A stretch of 25,144 nucleotides of DNA, taken from positions 1-25,144 of IMG/VR virus record IMGVR_UViG_3300011335_000381. The stretch is one strand, 5' to 3'. A program made the translations under genes and the position numbers. The stretch is from a virus. Taxonomy: Duplodnaviria; Caudoviricetes. Positions 1 to 7,444 of the stretch are shown here, one piece after another. The stretch's first letter is position 1; every line of letters begins with the position of its first letter. The notes under the pieces are model-generated. The model ran no database searches and was not told the origin of the DNA. It saw only the letters and a program-made list of their open reading frames with translations.

Positions 1-78
1 TCCTCTCCGTTATCGAGCCTCTGGCGCTCGGGAAACCGGGTGGCGGTCCACCCGGAAGCCGGAACGTCAATCAGCCAT

Positions 79-333
79 TTACTTTCCGCAGGGGCCAACA
101 GCGCGCGCCAACAGGGTGGCGTTGGGGCGCTCTAGCTTTGCAGCAATTTTCGCGGCCCGTTGCGCCAATTCAGGAAATTCGCGCGCAAGGCGCAGTGCCT
201 CGGCATGCAGTTGAACCTTGTCCATTCGGCCAATTGCTTTCGGGCGCGCTTGCGGCGGGGCGCTTTCCAGCAAGGTAATAAAATCACTGCGGCGGAACTT
301 GTAGAACGTGCCGGGGCTAACGTTGTGGGCCAT
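79..333 (-). CDS. Small hypothetical phage protein (about 84 aa), probably early
   Basis: Part of track ORF 79..390. ATG at 333 is preceded on the minus strand by GAAAAGGAACCGCCCAC (AAGGA Shine-Dalgarno) and a sigma70-like promoter. No family recognised. Confidence 0.6.
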   Translation of the reverse strand: MAHNVSPGTFYKFRRSDFITLLESAPPQARPKAIGRMDKVQLHAEALRLAREFPELAQRAAKIAAKLERPNATLLARAVGPCGK

Positions 334-367
334 GTGGGCGGTTCCTTTTCCGTTGCTCACAGGCACC

Positions 368-395
368 ATATTAGGATGCGCTACAGCCATTGCAA
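368..395 (-). promoter_or_regulatory. Putative sigma70-type promoter for the leftward gene
   Basis: Minus strand reads TTGCAA-N16-TAATAT, about 35 nt upstream of the ATG at 333. Confidence 0.5.
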
Positions 396-420
396 GAGAT
401 TTTGCAGCGCCAGTGCAAAA

Positions 421-790
421 AAGTGTGTGGGTGTGGGCATTGTGGGTGGCGGTGTGGGTGTGGGTGTGGGTGGCGGGTGTGGCGCGCTGAAACCCTAGCG
501 CGGTCTAGGTTTTTGCGGCGGTGTGGGCGTTGTGGGTAGCGTAGGGGGTTATTGTTTAGACTAATGATGTTATAATATAACAGTAGTGTATAGTGCATGT
601 CTGGCGTGCGATTGAAAAAGGGGTTTGTAGACCGCCCACACCACCCACAACCGCCCACACCCTCGCGCCGACGCTTCCGGCCCGCGCAGCTGCGATGTGT
701 CGCGTCAACATGTGTGGGAGCCGCCCACACCGCCCACACGCTCATGTGTCGCACCGGCTTGCGCCAGCACCGCCCACACCGCCCACGCGC
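421..790. repeat. Inverted arrays of TGTGGG / CCCACA iteron-like repeats flanking an AT-rich core (candidate replication origin)
   Basis: TGTGGG at 426, 432, 441, 453, 459, 465, 522, 531 and 713. CCCACA at 635, 644, 654, 724, 733 and 773. AT-rich segment at about 549-600 with palindrome TGTTATAATATAACA (568-582). Confidence 0.75.
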
Positions 791-812
791 CAGCTCCGCG
801 CCAGGCATTATG

Positions 813-858
813 TGAACACCTGTTCAATTGAACAGCTGTTCATATGTTCATATGACCA
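813..858. repeat. 8-bp-periodic array of TGAACA/TGTTCA hexamers (probable protein-binding array)
   Basis: TGAACA-cc-TGTTCA-at-TGAACA-gc-TGTTCA-ta-TGTTCA-ta-TGACCA read directly from the sequence. Confidence 0.75.
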
Positions 859-1048
859 GGCGTTTGATCGTATGTAATAGATTGTATAACGCAGGCAATC
901 GGCGCTAGGTTGCGTGCAATAGATTGTCTAGCGTATACGGCCGGGGGGAGGGGACCCGCGGCGCCGGGCGCCCTGGGCCGGAGGGGCTGCAAACAATTTT
1001 TGCAAAATGCAAAACACACATGCTACAAAGTCTATTGCAACACGTCAG

Positions 1049-1078
1049 TTGCCCGCCCGCCAAAGATCGTGGTACATT
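1049..1078 (+). promoter_or_regulatory. Putative late-operon promoter (extended -10)
   Basis: TTGCCC-N18-TACATT with TGn extension (TGGTACATT). It ends 6 nt before the terS ATG at 1085. Confidence 0.45.
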
Positions 1079-1084
1079 CGGCTT

Positions 1085-1546
1085 ATGACCGTGTTCTCGC
1101 TGCCCTATGAGCCGCGGCGGCTACAGGCGACCGAAGCGCGCCTGGAGGCCATCTACAACGCTGCGCGGAAGGGGCTGAAGGGCGACACGCTCGCTCTTGC
1201 TTCCGGCATGACGCCGACGGAGTACCGCGCGCTCTGCCAGTTTGACCCGTTGGCGGCGCTGGCCGAGGAGAAGGGACGCGCCGACGGCGAGATGGAGATG
1301 GCCGGCGTTCTGTACGACGCCGCCAAGGACGGCGACGCCAAGGCGGCGCTCGACATCCTCAAGCACGTGCACGGCTGGGTGGCGAAGCAGGCCGTGCAGG
1401 TCGAGGTCAACCAGACCATCTCGATCACGTCGGCGCTACAGGAGGCGCAGCGCCGCGTCATTGAAGGCGTGGCCGAGACAGTTGCCGAGCGCGCCCGCGT
1501 GAACGACGCCCTGCCGTACCCGGAGCGCGTCAATGCAGACCGTTAA
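1085..1546 (+). CDS. terS: Terminase small subunit
   Basis: Directly upstream of and overlapping TerL. About 153 aa and helical, with a C-terminal beta-type segment (VQVEVNQTISITSAL). ATG at 1085 is preferred over the track start at 1007, which lies in AT-rich regulatory sequence. Confidence 0.75.
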   Translation: MTVFSLPYEPRRLQATEARLEAIYNAARKGLKGDTLALASGMTPTEYRALCQFDPLAALAEEKGRADGEMEMAGVLYDAAKDGDAKAALDILKHVHGWVAKQAVQVEVNQTISITSALQEAQRRVIEGVAETVAERARVNDALPYPERVNADR

Positions 1547-3056
1547 GTACTCGCCCGACGACGAGATGGAGTTGATGAGCCGGTTGTGGACGCCGGCCAT
1601 CAAGGACGACCCACTCAAGTTTGTGCTGTTCACCTTCCCGTGGGGGCAGAAGGGCACGCCGCTGGAACACTTTGCCGGACCGCGCAAGTGGCAGCGCGAG
1701 GTGCTTCAGAACCTGGCCGACCACATCAAGGCCAACCAAGGCCGCATCGACTACGACACCTTCCGCATGGCGACGTCTTCCGGCCGCGGTATCGGCAAGT
1801 CGGCGCTGGTCAGTTGGCTGGTGATCTGGATGCTGACGACCCGGATTGGCTCAACGACCATCGTGTCGGCCAACTCTGAGGCGCAGCTTCGCTCTGTCAC
1901 CTGGGCCGAGGTGACCAAGTGGCTCAGTATGAGCCTCAACAGCCACTGGTTTGAGGTCAGCGCCACGCGGGTCATGCCGGCGAAGTGGCTGACGGAACTG
2001 GTCGAGCGCGACCTCAAGATGGGCACGCGCTACTGGGGCGTCGAGGGCAGGCTGTGGTCGGCGGAGAACCCCGACGCCTACGCGGGCGTCCACAACTTCG
2101 ACGGCGTGATGCTGATCTACGACGAGGCAAGCGGTATCGACGACACGATCTGGGGCGTCGCTGCGGGCTTCTTTACCGAGAACACGCCGAACCGCTTCTG
2201 GCTGGCGTTCAGCAACCCGCGCCGCAACGCGGGGTACTTCTACGAGTGCTTCCACTCCAAGCGGGACTTCTGGGCTACAAAGATCGTGGACGCCAGGTCG
2301 GTCGAAAACACCGACAAGCAGGTCTACCAGCAGATCATCGACGAGTACGGCCCCGACAGCACCCAAGCCCACGTCGAGGTGTACGGGCAGTTTCCGAACG
2401 CCTCCGACGACCAGTTCATCGGCGCCTCCGTTGTGGACGAGGCTATGCGCCGGGCGCCGCACAAGGATCCGTCGGCGCCCGTCGTCATCGGCGTGGACCC
2501 GGCTAGGTTTGGGTCCGACAGCACCGTCATCGCCGTGCGCCAGGGGCGCGACGTCACCACCATCAAGCGGTTCAAGGGCGACGACACCATGACGGTCGTG
2601 GGCCACGTCATCGAAGCCATTGAGACGTACAAGCCGGCGCTGGTGGTCATTGACGAGGGCGGCCTGGGGGCGGGCATCGTGGACCGACTCAAGGAGCAGC
2701 GGTACAAGATCAAGGGGGTCAACTTCGGCAACAAGTCGAAGAACCCGCTCATGTGGGGCAACAAGCGCGCCGAGATGTGGGGCGAGATGCGGGAGTGGCT
2801 GAAAACGGCCTCGGTCCCGCACGACCGCTTTCTCAAGAACGACCTGACCGGGCCAATGATGAAGCCCGACAGCAAGGGTACCATCTACCTGGAGAGCAAA
2901 AAGGACATGAAGGCCCGCGGGCTGGCCAGCCCCGACGCGGCCGACGCCATCGCGGTCACTTTCGCCTTTCCGGTGGCCCATAGGGAATATGTTGCACGTG
3001 AAACCCGGCGCAGTTATGGTGCCGGCGGCATACAGACGTCTTGGATGGGAGCCTAG
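1533..3056 (+). CDS. terL: Terminase large subunit
   Basis: Walker A-like SSGRGIGKS, Walker B LIYDEASG, coupling motif FSNP, RNase H-like nuclease VIGVDPARFGSD and SPDAADA. Confidence 0.95.
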   Translation: MQTVKYSPDDEMELMSRLWTPAIKDDPLKFVLFTFPWGQKGTPLEHFAGPRKWQREVLQNLADHIKANQGRIDYDTFRMATSSGRGIGKSALVSWLVIWMLTTRIGSTTIVSANSEAQLRSVTWAEVTKWLSMSLNSHWFEVSATRVMPAKWLTELVERDLKMGTRYWGVEGRLWSAENPDAYAGVHNFDGVMLIYDEASGIDDTIWGVAAGFFTENTPNRFWLAFSNPRRNAGYFYECFHSKRDFWATKIVDARSVENTDKQVYQQIIDEYGPDSTQAHVEVYGQFPNASDDQFIGASVVDEAMRRAPHKDPSAPVVIGVDPARFGSDSTVIAVRQGRDVTTIKRFKGDDTMTVVGHVIEAIETYKPALVVIDEGGLGAGIVDRLKEQRYKIKGVNFGNKSKNPLMWGNKRAEMWGEMREWLKTASVPHDRFLKNDLTGPMMKPDSKGTIYLESKKDMKARGLASPDAADAIAVTFAFPVAHREYVARETRRSYGAGGIQTSWMGA

Positions 3057-3058
3057 CC

Positions 3059-3472
3059 ATGTCCTCAAACACGAAGCCGATTGGCGTTGCCTACGAAGAC
3101 CAGGATATTGTCGGGTCTGACCGCATCCTGTCGGGCGACGAACTTGGCTATGCTCCGTCTGCCCAGGGCGCAGTGACGCAGCAGACCAGCAAGTCCACGG
3201 CCGTGACGCTGAACACGTCGGCGGGCCGCATCACGATGAACGCCGCGGCGCTGGGCGCCACGACCAACGTGACGTTCACGATGAACAACTCCAAGATCAG
3301 CGTGAACGACGTGGTGGTTCTGAGCGTATCGGAGAACGCAACTGCCGGGGCGTATAACTGCTGGGTGTCTGGCAAGGCCGCTGGCTCCGTCACCATTACG
3401 GTGCGGAACATCAGCGCCAGCCCGCTGTCCGAGGCCGTCGTCATTAACTTTGCCGTTATTCACTGCGCCTAA
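3059..3472 (+). CDS. Hypothetical beta-rich protein, probably virion-associated
   Basis: ATG 2 nt after the TerL stop. Rich in Thr/Ser/Asn/Val with a beta-strand pattern (VTQQTSKSTAVTLN...ITMNAAAL). Its stop overlaps the next start (TAATG). Confidence 0.7.
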   Translation: MSSNTKPIGVAYEDQDIVGSDRILSGDELGYAPSAQGAVTQQTSKSTAVTLNTSAGRITMNAAALGATTNVTFTMNNSKISVNDVVVLSVSENATAGAYNCWVSGKAAGSVTITVRNISASPLSEAVVINFAVIHCA

Positions 3473-3729
3473 TGTCGAAGAAAGGCGTTTCGCTGGCGGT
3501 TGGCCGCGGCGAGAAACTGCCGACGAGTAAGGGCGCGGGCCTCACGGCGAAGGGCCGCGCCAAGTACAATCGTGAGACGGGCTCCAACCTCAAGCCGCCG
3601 GCTCCGAGCCCGAAGACCGAAGCCGACAAGGGCCGGAAGAAATCCTTTTGCGCCCGGATGGCGGGGGTTGTGGCCAAGTCCGAAAACGCCGACCGTGCTA
3701 AGGCGAGCATGAAAAGGTGGAAGTGCTGA
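3472..3729 (+). CDS. Small basic phage protein, DUF6321-like
   Basis: 85 aa, Lys/Arg-rich, GRKKSFCARM motif and C-terminal RWKC as I recall for DUF6321. Translationally coupled on both sides. Confidence 0.75.
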   Translation: MSKKGVSLAVGRGEKLPTSKGAGLTAKGRAKYNRETGSNLKPPAPSPKTEADKGRKKSFCARMAGVVAKSENADRAKASMKRWKC

Positions 3730-3890
3730 TGGCCAAGCCAGGTCTTTACAGCAACATCGCAGCTAAGAAGGCGCGCATCGCCGCCGGATCCGGCGAGAAG
3801 ATGCGGAAGCCGGGTTCCAAGGGCGCCCCGACCGCTGCCGCCTTCCGCGAGTCTGCCAAGACGGCGAAGCCTGCGAAGAAGGGCAAGTGA
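3729..3890 (+). CDS. Small basic phage protein (53 aa, below track cut-off)
   Basis: MAKPGLYSNIAAKKARIAAGSGEKMRKPGSKGAPTAAAFRESAKTAKPAKKGK. TGATG overlap with the upstream gene, and it fills the gap exactly. Confidence 0.8.
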   Translation: MAKPGLYSNIAAKKARIAAGSGEKMRKPGSKGAPTAAAFRESAKTAKPAKKGK

Positions 3891-3891
3891 C

Positions 3892-4305
3892 ATGCCCGGC
3901 GGCGCCGCAGCAGGCTATCCGCAAGGGTTTTACGGGATAGGCGTGCGCCAGGATCTCTTTCCCGGCGAGGACGACTATTTTCGCCGCAACCCCAACGTCA
4001 CGGGCATGGCCGCCGAAGACGACCGCATTATTTTGAACCCGTACAGCCGGCTAAGTGACACCGAGCGGCGCGCAGTTATGATGAACGAGGCGGCCCGTGT
4101 TCACATGCGCCGGAACTTTGACGCGCCTCAGTTCTCCTTGACCGACGAGCAAAGAACCCGGTTTAAGGACTACTCTGCCGACGAAAACGATGTACGAGCT
4201 ACGGTAGCTGCGCGTATCCTATCCGGCGATCCTTCTGCGGGCACGTCCACGCCAGAGCAGACCGAGTACGTTGCTAGGCTTCGGCAGTTCATGGGGATAC
4301 GATGA
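3892..4305 (+). CDS. Hypothetical protein, possible degenerate zincin-like fold
   Basis: 137 aa ORF tiling between neighbours with 1-nt gaps. Segment IILNP...ERRAVMMNEAARVH. Confidence 0.7.
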   Translation: MPGGAAAGYPQGFYGIGVRQDLFPGEDDYFRRNPNVTGMAAEDDRIILNPYSRLSDTERRAVMMNEAARVHMRRNFDAPQFSLTDEQRTRFKDYSADENDVRATVAARILSGDPSAGTSTPEQTEYVARLRQFMGIR

Positions 4306-4306
4306 C

Positions 4307-4444
4307 ATGCCGCTGGTGAAATCGGCGTCGAAGGACGCCTTTCGCAAGAACGTGAAGGCTGAGATGGCCGCCGGCAAGCCGACCAAGCAGGCCGTCGCCA
4401 TCGCCTACTCCACCAAGCGTGCGGCAGAGAAGAAGAAAAAGTAA
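4307..4444 (+). CDS. Small basic phage protein (45 aa, QAVAIAYS motif, DUF6496-like)
   Basis: MPLVKSASKDAFRKNVKAEMAAGKPTKQAVAIAYSTKRAAEKKKK. TAATG overlap with the portal start. Confidence 0.8.
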   Translation: MPLVKSASKDAFRKNVKAEMAAGKPTKQAVAIAYSTKRAAEKKKK

Positions 4445-6597
4445 TGGCCGCCGAAGACGTCCAGGCCGCGGGCCGCGTATCCGACGGGGACCACGACCGC
4501 CTGTCGATCATGCGCCGCCGTTACACGGTTGCGCTGTCGGCCTACTCCGACAGCCGTGAAGACGAACTGGACGACCTCCGCTTTATGGCGGGCTCGCCGG
4601 ATAACCAGTGGCAGTGGCCGGCCGACGTGCTGGCGACCCGCGGGTCCGTGCAGGGCCAGACGATCAACGCCCGCCCTTGCCTAACAATCAACAAGCTGCC
4701 GCAACACGTTCGCCAGGTCACGAACGAGCAGCGCCAGAACCGCCCGACGGGCAAGGTGATCCCGGCCGACGACCGCGCCGACGTGCGCGTGGCTGAAATC
4801 TTCGACGGCATGGTGCGGCACATTGAGTACATCTCGGACGCCGACGTCGCCTACGACACCGCCTGCGACAACCAGGTCACCTACGGCGAGGGCTACATCC
4901 GCGTTCTGACGGAGTACTGCCGCGAGGACAGCTTCGACCAGGACATCAAGATCGGCCGCATCCGCAACTCGTTCTCGGTCTACATGGATCCGGCGATCCA
5001 AGACCCCTGCGGCGCCGACGCCGAGTGGTGCTTTATCACCGAGGATTTGACCAAGGCCGAATACGAGCGGATGTTCCCGGACGCCGCCCCCATTTCCAGT
5101 CTGATGACGCAGGGCGTGGGCGACCAAAGCCTGTCCCAGTGGCTGTCTGAGGACATGGTTCGGATTGCGGAGTACTTCTACTACGAACACGAAGAAGCGA
5201 CGCTGAACCTGTACCCCGACAACATCACGGCTTTCTCGGGTACGCCGAAGGACAAGCAGCTTCGCCAGATGTTCGGCAAGCCGCTGCGGACCCGCAAGGT
5301 GGACCGCAAGAAGTGCAAGTGGCTCAAGACCAACGGCTTTGAGATCCTTGAGGAGCGCGATTGGGCCGGGCAGTACATCCCGGTCGTGCGCGTGGTCGGC
5401 AACGAGTTTGAGGTAGACGGCCAGCTTTACGTCTCCGGCCTTGTGCGGAACGCCAAGGACGCGCAGCGCATGTATAACTACTGGGTCAGCCAGGAGGCCG
5501 AAATGCTGGCCCTGGCCCCCAAGGCACCCTTCATTGGCTATGGCGGCCAGTTTGAAGGGTACGAGATGAACTGGAAGACGGCCAACACGAACAACTGGCC
5601 GTACCTGGAGGTCAACCCGGACGTCACCGACGGCGCCGGCTCTCCGCTGCCGCTGCCCCAGCGCGCCGCCCCTCCCCTGCCGCAGACCGGGCTGATCCAG
5701 GCCAAGCTGGGCGCCTCTGACGACATCAAGGCGACCACGGGCCAGTACGACAGCAGCCTTGGCGCCCAGAGCAACGAGCGATCTGGCCGGGCCATCCTTG
5801 CGCGCGAGAAGCAGGGGGACACTGGGACGTACCACTACGTCGATAACCTGTCCCGCGCTATCCGCCACGTTACGCGCCAGTTGGTCGATCTGATCCCCAA
5901 GATCTACGACACCGCCCGCGTGGCCCGCATCGTCGGCCTCGACGGTGAGGTAGGCATGGTCCGTATCAACCCGACTCAGCCGGAGCCCGTGAAGGAGATC
6001 CGCGACGAGAACGGGCTGGTGATCGACAAGATCTACAACCCGTCGGTCGGCATCTACGACGTCTGCGTCACCACCGGGCCTGGCTACATGACCAAGCGCC
6101 AGGAAGCCCTGGACGCCATGTCCATGCTGCTTCAGTCTAACCCGCAGCTTTGGTCGGTCGCGGGTGACCTGTTTATCAAGAACATGGACTGGCCGGGCGC
6201 GCAGGAGATGGCCGCGCGCTTTGCCAAGATCATTGATCCGAAGGTCATGGAAGGCGAAGACCAGTCGCCCGAGATGCAGATGGCCAAAATGCAGATCGAG
6301 GCGCTGACAAAGGAACTGAACCAAGTCGTCGGGATGCTCCAGCGCGTCGAACAGTCCATCGAAGCGCAGGAAGTGCAGATCAAGGCGTACGACGCCGAGA
6401 CGAAGCGCATTTCGGCTGTCCAGGCGGGCATGACGCCAGAGCAGATCCAGGACATCGTGATGGGTACTATCGCCGCGGCGATGGATACGGGCGATATTGT
6501 GGGCCGCGACACGCCTATGGAGCGCCAGATGCCCGTCATGGAGCCCGAAATGGCCCCCTTGCCGCCTGAGATGGCCCCAGGAGGGCCGATGCAATGA
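4444..6597 (+). CDS. Portal protein, P22-like
   Basis: 717 aa. RPCLTINKL, GLVRNAKDAQRMYNY, SGRAILARE and YDVCVTTGPGYMTKRQEA motifs, a C-terminal coiled coil, and its position after TerL. Confidence 0.92.
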   Translation: MAAEDVQAAGRVSDGDHDRLSIMRRRYTVALSAYSDSREDELDDLRFMAGSPDNQWQWPADVLATRGSVQGQTINARPCLTINKLPQHVRQVTNEQRQNRPTGKVIPADDRADVRVAEIFDGMVRHIEYISDADVAYDTACDNQVTYGEGYIRVLTEYCREDSFDQDIKIGRIRNSFSVYMDPAIQDPCGADAEWCFITEDLTKAEYERMFPDAAPISSLMTQGVGDQSLSQWLSEDMVRIAEYFYYEHEEATLNLYPDNITAFSGTPKDKQLRQMFGKPLRTRKVDRKKCKWLKTNGFEILEERDWAGQYIPVVRVVGNEFEVDGQLYVSGLVRNAKDAQRMYNYWVSQEAEMLALAPKAPFIGYGGQFEGYEMNWKTANTNNWPYLEVNPDVTDGAGSPLPLPQRAAPPLPQTGLIQAKLGASDDIKATTGQYDSSLGAQSNERSGRAILAREKQGDTGTYHYVDNLSRAIRHVTRQLVDLIPKIYDTARVARIVGLDGEVGMVRINPTQPEPVKEIRDENGLVIDKIYNPSVGIYDVCVTTGPGYMTKRQEALDAMSMLLQSNPQLWSVAGDLFIKNMDWPGAQEMAARFAKIIDPKVMEGEDQSPEMQMAKMQIEALTKELNQVVGMLQRVEQSIEAQEVQIKAYDAETKRISAVQAGMTPEQIQDIVMGTIAAAMDTGDIVGRDTPMERQMPVMEPEMAPLPPEMAPGGPMQ

Positions 6598-6959
6598 GCA
6601 ATTGCGCCGATTTCATTGGAATGCTGTTCCTAGCCCGCGATACGGCTCATTCCGTCCATCTGAACACGCGCAGCTATGCCAAGCACAAGGCCCTTCAGAA
6701 GTTCTACGAGGGCGTTATCGACCTCGCGGACACGCTGGCCGAGGCGTACCAGGGCCGTCATGGGCTGATTGGGCCGATTTCGCTCATGTCGGCCAAGAAG
6801 ACGAACAACATCGTTGATTTCCTTGAGGATAACCTCAAGGATATTGAGGAAATGCGCTACAAAGTCATGGACAAGAGCGATACGGCCCTTCAGAACATCG
6901 TTGACGAAATTGTCGCGCTGTATCTGAGTACGCTGTATAAGCTCAAGTTCCTTGCTTAA
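6594..6959 (+). CDS. Ferritin/Dps-like four-helix protein (DUF5856-like)
   Basis: AHSVHLNTRSYAKHKALQKFYEGVIDLADTLAEAYQG mirrors the Dps H..H...H...D...E spacing. ATGA overlap with the portal. Confidence 0.75.
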   Translation: MSNCADFIGMLFLARDTAHSVHLNTRSYAKHKALQKFYEGVIDLADTLAEAYQGRHGLIGPISLMSAKKTNNIVDFLEDNLKDIEEMRYKVMDKSDTALQNIVDEIVALYLSTLYKLKFLA

Positions 6960-6972
6960 GGACGGCACACCG

Positions 6973-7275
6973 ATGGAACTGCTGAAGCCGCTGGCCAAGG
7001 CCGATTTTCCCGCCCAAACGGCGTCCTACACGGGCACCGCGGCCAACACGACCGGCTGGAACGCTGGCCCGCAGGGCGTCGTCATCTGGTCTGACCAAGC
7101 GTGCTACGTTGAGGTCGGTGAGGGCGCGGTGGCAACTACCGCCAGCACGCCGATCCCCGCGTTCACGCCCATTCCCTTTGCAGTTCCGCTCACCACCAGT
7201 GGCATCTGGCGCGTCAGCGCCATTCGGGTGTCCACGGACGGTACGGTGTACTGCAAGCCGATCAACAAGGCCTAG
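6973..7275 (+). CDS. Hypothetical beta-rich virion protein (100 aa)
   Basis: ATG at 6973 after AAGGA. Beta-sandwich-like pattern. First gene of the fibre cassette. Confidence 0.7.
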   Translation: MELLKPLAKADFPAQTASYTGTAANTTGWNAGPQGVVIWSDQACYVEVGEGAVATTASTPIPAFTPIPFAVPLTTSGIWRVSAIRVSTDGTVYCKPINKA

Positions 7276-7278
7276 GTC

Positions 7279-7440
7279 ATGGGGTTTGCCGGAGCGGTAC
7301 GGAACGGGCTTGCTATCGGACTAGGTAGCATCATCTCGCTCTTTTCCGGCTACAACGCTGACCTAGCCTTTAACAACCTAGAGACTGAGAACGGGGATAA
7401 CCTCGTTCAAGAAAATGGCGGTCTAATTTTGCTGGAGTAG
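7279..7440 (+). CDS. Small protein (53 aa) with hydrophobic N-half and doubled LxxExG motif, putative fibre adaptor
   Basis: MGFAGAVRNGLAIGLGSIISLFSGYNADLAFNNLETENGDNLVQENGGLILLE. It tiles the gap between 7275 and 7445. Confidence 0.7.
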   Translation: MGFAGAVRNGLAIGLGSIISLFSGYNADLAFNNLETENGDNLVQENGGLILLE

Positions 7441-7444
7441 CCAC

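Noticed and set aside
421-480. Similarity to yeast TG1-3 telomeric repeat or a hairpin telomere
   Set aside because: Short, internal and mirrored by inverted copies. There is no long perfect palindrome or protelomerase in the window, so it is better explained as iterons.
813-850. Host SOS (LexA) box
   Set aside because: It does not fit the alphaproteobacterial GTTC-N7-GTTC or enteric CTGT-N8-ACAG spacing. The Gram-positive-type match conflicts with the P22-like gene set and does not explain the extra hexamers.
421-858. CRISPR array
   Set aside because: Repeat units are 6-9 bp with no unique 25-45 bp spacers.
160-1110. Track ORFs across the repeat region (160-498, 308-490, 371-808, 593-877, 597-815, 910-1110)
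   Set aside because: Their low-complexity translations come from the DNA repeats, they lack RBS or codon support, and they overlap each other in all frames.
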